A stretch of 64,000 bases of DNA. It comes from Rhynchopus sp. YZ270_cl-10. Lineage: Eukaryota. The stretch is from NCBI GenBank assembly GCA_964035575.1, contig OZ037841.1, positions 1,054,001 to 1,118,000 on the forward strand, in the 5' to 3' direction. Below are positions 57,093 through 64,000 of the stretch, in pieces (the first letter of the stretch is position 1; every line of letters starts with the position of its first letter). The position numbers and the translations under genes are program-made. Below the pieces are notes generated by a model. The model did no database searches. It was not told the DNA's origin and worked only from the letters and a program-made list of their open reading frames with translations.

Positions 57093-57727
57093 AATTGGGT
57101 CAGCTGACCCACTTCCTTAAAAAAAAAGAAAAAATTGGTCAGCCAAAAACATTTTCAAAAAAACCAAAGCTAGGGCCCTATTGCAGGCAAAGAAAAGGAA
57201 AAAAAAACAACGAACAAAATAATAAAAAAGGATTCAATCCCATCCTGCCTATGGCAAAAAACGTTATATTTTTGTGACATCTGTTGTATTGTTTTTTCGT
57301 GATTTTTTCGTGATTTTTGAGATCATTTTTGTTTTGTTTTGTTTTTTTTTTTTTGACGCTTGCCCCGAGTGTAGTCCATTGCTGGAAACTTTTTGTTTTG
57401 TCTTGGAAACTTCAGTTTTTACTCAGTATGTAAACAGCAAAATGCATTTCTAAGATAGCTTTTCTTGCAATGTGCAAACGTTTAGAGTATATTTGTTGTA
57501 AGGGTGTGGGAAGGGGGGGGAATGTCAGTCGTTTTTAAAAAAAGGTGCCAGACTAGTGTTCCCATTATCTCATTTCAGCCATACTCTTGAGGGAGGTGTG
57601 CCATCCGTCCCTATCCTGAAATTAGGGCAACATTAAGTGTTGGTACATGGGATTCTGTTTTTTGATTGCGTCCATCACTTTTTCGTTTTTTTTTTTGCCT
57701 TCCCAAAGTGGGTCAGCTTACCCAATT
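57093..57727. mobile_element. Putative degenerate TIR element
   Basis: 22-bp inverted repeat AATTGGGTCAGCTGACCCACTT / AAGTGGGTCAGCTTACCCAATT with one mismatch; true ends and TSD not resolved. Confidence 0.4.
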
Positions 57728-59747
57728 TTTTTCCCGGGAGATCCTCCCCTTGAGTCAAAGAAAAGAAAAATCACTGTTTTTATACTGCTGGGGTATGGAA
57801 CTATGGCGTCAAACTTCCCTGCAGAAAAAACTCACTCTACGAACTTTGTGGAAAGTGGAGATTGCACAGGCTGTGGCAACGCAACCGAGGCAACTACACT
57901 ACTCCCAACAATTTATCAAAAAAGATCATCGCTCGTCTGCGGCGACGTAAAAGTGTTGAGCATAGTGAAGCACACTGTAGGGTAGCCACACTAATACAAC
58001 CAAGCTTTCAAAAAAGAACAAAAGGTATAGTGAAGCTCATCCTGGGGTATCTACACTAATACAACCAAGTTTTTTTTAAAGAGTTTGTTTTGTTCTTTTC
58101 TCAAATTTCGTTTTTTTTTTTTTTCTCTTCTCTCTTGCCGCTCGGTGCAATACGCGGTGCACCATTTGTGCTTTACTTTTCGTGTATTTTTTAGAAGACA
58201 TGCGCATGAGGCACATTCATCTTCCAAAAATATTTTTTTTCCAACCCCAACCCCAACACCCCCCCAGCCCCTTTTTTCTGTACCAACAATTTTCTAATCT
58301 TCAACAGTCCTGAAGTCTCATTTTGTCACTCTCTTTGGGGATTTGCGGCGTCGTGCATCCCCAGAAAAAAGTTTCAAAAAGGCCCCTGAGTACATCAGCA
58401 CCTCTTTGGGGGTCCGATGTGTCCATACAACCAAAGGTGGGGCACATTCCCATGACACCCCTCTCGTTCCATTTTTGCTTCGCTTTGCATTTTTCAGCCC
58501 ATTTTTCCTCCCTCCGTGAGTTCGAGGCAAAAAGAGCCGTTGAAAATGTGTGCACCAATCTCCCTTCTCTCCCCCCTACCTCCTAAAGTGCAAGAAACCA
58601 AGAAAAGAAAAAGAAAATACATTTTTTTTCCGTTTATTAGGTGACCAAGCACGAGAGGTTTATATTGTTAGTACAATTTTTTAAGGTACCCACCTTCATC
58701 CCTTTTTACTTACCCTTTTTTGGAAAGCTTTGGCAATGAAGAAAAAAGGGGGCGAGGTGAGGTCTCTCTTATAGTTCATGCAGAGGAAATGTGGTTGTTG
58801 CCATGAGCTTTCATCCATTTTTGGTTTGGGATATTCTATTGCCCTCTCTTCACGTTGTTCTTGTGTGAGCAGGGGGTACAAGGGGTAATGTGTTTGGAAT
58901 CAACATTAGGGCAACTCCTGTAGTGGAATGTTGTCTGGTTTGTTAACCAGCGCAGTATTGTGTCCTCTCATAGTGGCAAGTGCTTCAAAAAACGTTTTTC
59001 TGTTCCAAAACGAAGTTCTGCACCACTCAAGGAAGTGGGGGCTGGACAGTTCCCCCGTGTTGTCTGGGTTTGACAAAAATTTTTCCTATATTATTTTGTA
59101 AAGAAGACAAAAGAAGGTGTTGAAAGTGACCGCAAATATGTATTGTATCACCTATCTCGGATAGGGGTGCATGCATCGAAAACGGACCCCTACGTTGAAA
59201 GTGACCGCAAACAGATTGGATAATATTTTCAAAAATATAGTGGATCACATCTTCGAGTGTTTATACGGATACAGTCAAATTATTCAAATGTTTTGCGGTG
59301 AAGGTTGTTTTTTAGTATCGAAAAAGATAATAATATTCAACAGAAAAAAAGTCAGGTTCGTGCCTCGTGAGTCCCAAAAAGCACCGAACGGTCAAAATAG
59401 CGGGGATCAGGAACACCAACGTTAATCTATTCGTTTTACCAAAAATGCTTCCCCCCCCTCCCCCTCCTTCCTCCCATCCTTCTCACCATCCCCTTCTTCG
59501 TTATATCGTTCAGCTAGCTTATACGAACTAGCCCTCTTCATTTGTTTCTACCATTTAGCACCTCCCCCACACCCGCCAAAAAAAAACAAAAGAGAATATT
59601 TCAGTGTGTCCATATAGCCCATTTGGGTTTTCAAAAAAATAGGGGTTCTATTCTAAAAATTCTTAAAAATTCTTAAAATGAACTGCACGGCACCACCCCA
59701 CATCACACCCAGGTTAACTTCTTTCCCCCACACAAAAAGCCTTAACA

Positions 59748-60398
59748 ATGTCTGTGAGAACTGGGAGTGAATACGATGTTCTTCTGAAGGTGATTGTGAT
59801 TGGCGACTCTGGTGTAGGCAAGTCGTGTCTGCTGCACCGTTACACTTCTGACGACTTTGACCCCAGCTACATCGCAACGATTGGTGTCGACTTTAAGATC
59901 GACACCTTCGAACGCCAGGGCAAAGTTGTCAAACTTCAGCTCTGGGACACTGCAGGGCAGGAGCGTTTCCGCACCATCGCTGCTGCGTACTACCGGTCGG
60001 CACATTGTGTGATGCTGTGCTACGATGTGACGGACCGTGAGACCTTCACACACCTGCAGCGTTGGATGAAGGAGGTGGAGGAGAACGCTAGGGACAACAT
60101 CCCCTTTGTGCTTGTGGGGTTGAAGGCGGATCTGCCGAAGGTTGTTTCTAGTGAGGAGGCGGCAGAGTTTGCGGATGTCTATGGCATGAAGCACATCGAG
60201 GCTAGCTCGAAGCAGGGATCGCATGTGAGAGATACGGTGACGCTTGCAGTGGATGAAGCGCTTGCCAGCAAGTCGGAAACAATTGCGATCGAAATGGAGG
60301 AACGCAAAAAGCGCCACCACCTTCACCAGGCCAAAGACATCAACAGCCCCAACCGTATGACCTGCCTGCAGCGTTTCGGGAAAATGTTTGGTATCTGA
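59748..60398 (+). CDS. Rab1-like small GTPase, paralog 3
   Basis: Same motifs as paralog 1; near-identical core DNA. Confidence 0.92.
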   Translation: MSVRTGSEYDVLLKVIVIGDSGVGKSCLLHRYTSDDFDPSYIATIGVDFKIDTFERQGKVVKLQLWDTAGQERFRTIAAAYYRSAHCVMLCYDVTDRETFTHLQRWMKEVEENARDNIPFVLVGLKADLPKVVSSEEAAEFADVYGMKHIEASSKQGSHVRDTVTLAVDEALASKSETIAIEMEERKKRHHLHQAKDINSPNRMTCLQRFGKMFGI

Positions 60399-61447
60399 GC
60401 AAATGAAATCAATTCATGAGATGTATATTAGCAGTATTGTTCCTCGTTGCACAGACGCTTAGGTCAATAAGGGAAGACACAAAGAAGTCATTCTTTTTTT
60501 TTTTGCGACGAACCGAAAAAAAAGTACGCACAATTATATTCTACCCACCCTCCCCCTTGACTGTGTGACCAACCTATCTTTCACAGCTCAAAAAACTCTT
60601 CTTTTGTTGCCCTCTACGCACGCATTTGCATTTTTTTGCCATATTTTTTTTTTGGCATCCCCCAGAGAGATTAGTATCAATTCTTACTTATGTTCTTTCT
60701 GTATTTTGCCTGCTTCTTAGGGGTGTTTTTTTGCGCCATCAAATTTAGGTGTATTTGCTGTGTCTTTTTCTTGCGTACCCCCATTTCCCTCAGAGATTTT
60801 TTTGTTTTAAATTTTGGGGGGAGGCAAATAAAGAGCAAGTTGTGCTTCACTTTATGTGTGCATATCTGTCTTTTTATCCTAACATCCTTTTCCCCATTTT
60901 TTGGTCGCGCAAAGCTGCATCCTCTAGCAAGATAGGATTAACCACTTTCCCCCGTTTCTCTCCCTTCAATAGAATTTAGTCGATCTATACTGCGGGTCAC
61001 TTTTCTTTCTATTTGCTGTGGAATATCCTTATCCCTTTTTCCTTAAAGGTGACCAAGGCACCGTGAGGGTCATCTTATAAACCTTTTTTCTCCTTCTTGC
61101 TTTACCTAACCAATGCAACCTTGCGCTATCTATAAAACCCCTTTACCCATAGAACGGTAAAACAAAAGAGACGATCATTTTTACACTTTTCGTTTGCAAA
61201 AATAGGGGGTGAAATAGACAGACACTCAGCTTCTTGAAAGAGGTAAACCACTCAGAGTGTAAAAATATGCAATATTTTTTCATCTCGACTCTGATAATTT
61301 CTCCCCTTTTTGAAAAAAAAAAATCCCCCAAAAAAATCCCTCAGGTCTTTTGTCCCCCCCCACCCCCCTCTAACCCCCACGGGGAATAACCCTTTTACAC
61401 ATCCTCTTTTTCACACCATTTTTTTCCTCTTATTTTTTATGTAAAAT

Positions 61448-63034
61448 ATGCGGTTTGCGGCAGTCTCGACTGGGGTTGTGAGTTGTGTTGCGTTGCAGCT
61501 TTTAGCCCAAGCCTTTCTTGTTACGGTCCGCCCTGAAGACAGCACCACACCACCACCACCACCACCGGACAGTACAGAACAGAGCGACAACTCGAACTCA
61601 GGGTCACAGACGGTGTTATCTGTTGAGGAAGGGCCTGAAGCTGATGTACGACACAAAGAATTTCTCATGACGAAGTGTTGTTTCACCCCGCCGTGCAGGT
61701 TGGAAGAACAGTTCGACCGTTGGTGTGGCGACTCCAACGCGTCGTGCCGGGTGTTCCCCAGCTACCAAACCTGCCCGACCTACAAAGGGTGTCTTCCACG
61801 CTGGCTGACCCCCTCGCCTGGAAACGCATCTTCACAGGGGACCCTCCCGCTGTCCAGGGTAGCGCAGTGTTTGGCGTCGTTCGTTCACTTCGCAGAACCA
61901 TCCTCATCAGGGTACAGCAGGCTGCCCCTCCCCAAGGACGTTGTACCCCATTTAAAACCACTACAGTTTTTGAAAAAGCCAGTAGAATTGGGGATAACTG
62001 ATTTTCCAATCGCAATGTCACGGACCAAACATATGTGTCGTAGACCGTGTAACAGTGCGTGGAAGTGTCAGGGAAAGAGGAAGCGAGGGTCGTATGCTTT
62101 GGACCCATGCTGGAAGAATTTCTATAGAACGGGAAAGCATTATCCGGTGAAAAGACATAAGTCGCGAATGGCAGTGTGGGCTCCACCGGTGATGGATCAG
62201 ATCAGTCAGTTGGTTGGCAAGAAGCATGGCTACGACCCTAAGCTGCATGCCGCGATTCGACAGTCTCTCGACAAAAAACCGAGTTTGGTCATTGACGTTG
62301 GGTCGAACCTCGGAGTGGTGTCCCTCTTTGCGACGCATATGGGCCATCGTGTTGTTGCGTTTGACCCAACACCGTGGACCAGACATAAACTGCATCTTTC
62401 GCTTTGGATGAATAATTTGACGAACACCGTCACCGTAGTTCCAGCTGGGGTAGGTTCTAAGAGCGCTGTGGCGCATCTCGCGATGGTGCCAGGGAATCTC
62501 GGTGGTAATCAGATTGTTCGCGACAAAAAAAAGCTGGATAAAATTACGCGAAACGAAACCGGGCAGGGCAAGCCCGACCAAAAGGGGATCATTCCGGTCC
62601 AGATCGTTACCCTGGATGAATCGCTTGCGGAGGAGAAGGATATCATTTTCATTAAGATTGATGTGGAGGGGAATGAGATTGAGGTGATTCGCGGGGCGTT
62701 GAAGACGTTGGAGAAGCATCGGCCGGCGATGATAATCGAGACCTGTTTTTGGTGTCAACCTGAAGTCCTTTTCACGCTACTCCAAAAGGCGCATTACGTC
62801 TGCGGAAGCGAAGACAAAGTGGTTGACAGAAAGCTCACCCCCATAGCAGGACACTGGAAGTGGGACGTCCTACCTGTCCTCCAGCCTAAACACCGCAGCC
62901 AACTTCGTCCAAACGTAATATGCATTTACGACAAAGCTGCAGCAGCGCTCCCCTTCGACACCGACCTCGATCATTCTCCAGAAATGAAAACCTTCCTCAA
63001 GCAGTGGCATGCGTACAACGTTGAGACAGATTGA
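61448..63034 (+). CDS. FkbM-family SAM-dependent methyltransferase with N-terminal signal/anchor
   Basis: VIDVGSNLG, VVAFDP, VTLD, FIKIDVEGNEIEVIRGA..L..RP..IIE. Confidence 0.85.
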   Translation: MRFAAVSTGVVSCVALQLLAQAFLVTVRPEDSTTPPPPPPDSTEQSDNSNSGSQTVLSVEEGPEADVRHKEFLMTKCCFTPPCRLEEQFDRWCGDSNASCRVFPSYQTCPTYKGCLPRWLTPSPGNASSQGTLPLSRVAQCLASFVHFAEPSSSGYSRLPLPKDVVPHLKPLQFLKKPVELGITDFPIAMSRTKHMCRRPCNSAWKCQGKRKRGSYALDPCWKNFYRTGKHYPVKRHKSRMAVWAPPVMDQISQLVGKKHGYDPKLHAAIRQSLDKKPSLVIDVGSNLGVVSLFATHMGHRVVAFDPTPWTRHKLHLSLWMNNLTNTVTVVPAGVGSKSAVAHLAMVPGNLGGNQIVRDKKKLDKITRNETGQGKPDQKGIIPVQIVTLDESLAEEKDIIFIKIDVEGNEIEVIRGALKTLEKHRPAMIIETCFWCQPEVLFTLLQKAHYVCGSEDKVVDRKLTPIAGHWKWDVLPVLQPKHRSQLRPNVICIYDKAAAALPFDTDLDHSPEMKTFLKQWHAYNVETD

Positions 63035-63363
63035 CCTAGGGTAATTTGAGGGGTTATTAGAGGGGAGGGAATGAAAACATTTTTGTTTTTTTTAAAATTT
63101 TTTAAAGCACCACGAACTAAAGACACCTTTTTTACATTATGGACATGAACAAAGACTGAATGATGTTTAAATCTTACAGACATTCCCTCCTCACCTCCTC
63201 TCTGCCTCAGCTGGACCATTAACCCCATGGTCCACTATGTCAAAGCACGCAGACAGCACTCCTGACAAGAAAAATTGCTTTGTTCATGGTAGCAGATACC
63301 CCTCAACCCTAACCTAACCCTCATCCTCATCTTCCCTTCAAGATCAACACAAATAAAAGAAAA

Positions 63364-64000
63364 ATGGAAATTTTCATCCGCTGTCGCAAAACCGGGGAAC
63401 GCTGTGCCGTGCAGGTAGATGCCTCCGATACTCTTGGCGACATCATGGGGAAGGTTTGCCGCATTTTTTTGCATGATGCCAAAATGATGTGGACTTTGAT
63501 GCTTGCTTTTAGTGGGACGGAAACTTCGCTTGGTGAGGTGCATGAACGGGTTGCCGACGTTGCTTTGGAGGCACTAACGGAATGCGATCTTGTCCCGATC
63601 CCATTGGCGATCTTCCGCCGTCGTGTGGAGGAGAACCCAGACTCCCCTGACGCGCTCTGCCACTATGCCCTCCGCACACCAGACATCTCCCTCAGACGCC
63701 ATCTCCTCCACCGTGCTGCGAAAGAAGACCATCCCACCGCCTTCCTCGAGCTTGCAAAGCTCTGCACCTCTCGTGATGAGTGTCTCCACATCGGCTCCCA
63801 GTCGTACACCCAATCCTCGTTGTTGGAGCGGGCCGTTAAGTTGGCACCTCACGACCCGCTAGCTCGTGTCGCCAGGGCGCAGGTTCTTCCCAAAAAGGCA
63901 CAACAGGCCCGTCTGTTAAAAGATTTAAACAAAATTCCTGACACCGAAAGAGGACCGCTGTTGTGCATGCTGGCAGGTCTGCTTGGTGATGGGGAGCGGG
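63364..64000 (+). CDS. Ubiquitin-like domain plus TPR/Sel1-like repeat protein (truncated by the window edge)
   Basis: Manual translation (absent from the ORF track): MEIFIRCRKTGERCAVQVDASDTLGDIMGKV (UBL-like), then NPDSPDAL, LHRAAKEDHPTAFLELA and LLERAVKLAPHDPLA. Confidence 0.6.
   Translation, partial: MEIFIRCRKTGERCAVQVDASDTLGDIMGKVCRIFLHDAKMMWTLMLAFSGTETSLGEVHERVADVALEALTECDLVPIPLAIFRRRVEENPDSPDALCHYALRTPDISLRRHLLHRAAKEDHPTAFLELAKLCTSRDECLHIGSQSYTQSSLLERAVKLAPHDPLARVARAQVLPKKAQQARLLKDLNKIPDTERGPLLCMLAGLLGDGER

Noticed and set aside
59118..59212. Repeated GTTGAAAGTGACCGCAAA motif as a mobile element or regulatory site
   Set aside because: Only two direct copies; no ends, TIRs or TSD could be defined.

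Overview
Eukaryotic DNA, most likely a euglenozoan such as a diplonemid. This is inferred from the GT-AG introns, the spliced-leader-like relics, and nearly all genes lying on the + strand. Host genes: the 3' part of a very divergent dynein heavy chain that appears to lack its stalk, a MYND-finger tail-anchored protein, a Gly-rich secreted protein, an EF-hand/GTPase fusion, an Rnl2-family RNA ligase, a Rad23-CHAT-Dpy30 fusion, a DUF6748-like protein, EMG1/NEP1, three Rab1-like paralogs without prenylation motifs, an FkbM methyltransferase and a UBL-TPR gene. The most striking content is two full-length, mutually divergent APE-RT non-LTR retrotransposons (about 9321-15826 and 35030-41600) that share four features. 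(i) Spliced-leader 3'-end relics (CTGTACTTCATTG) lie at the 5' junction, twice in element A. (ii) ORF1 and ORF2 are in the same frame, separated by one TGA-C stop, with no ATG before the endonuclease domain. (iii) A 2A/StopGo-like PGP motif ends exactly 29 codons after that stop in both elements. (iv) There is no poly(A) tail; instead each family ends in a hairpin, and short copies of these hairpins are scattered through the window, always on the + strand and mostly next to T-rich tracts. Several MITE/TIR elements and a decayed tyrosine-recombinase fragment are also present.
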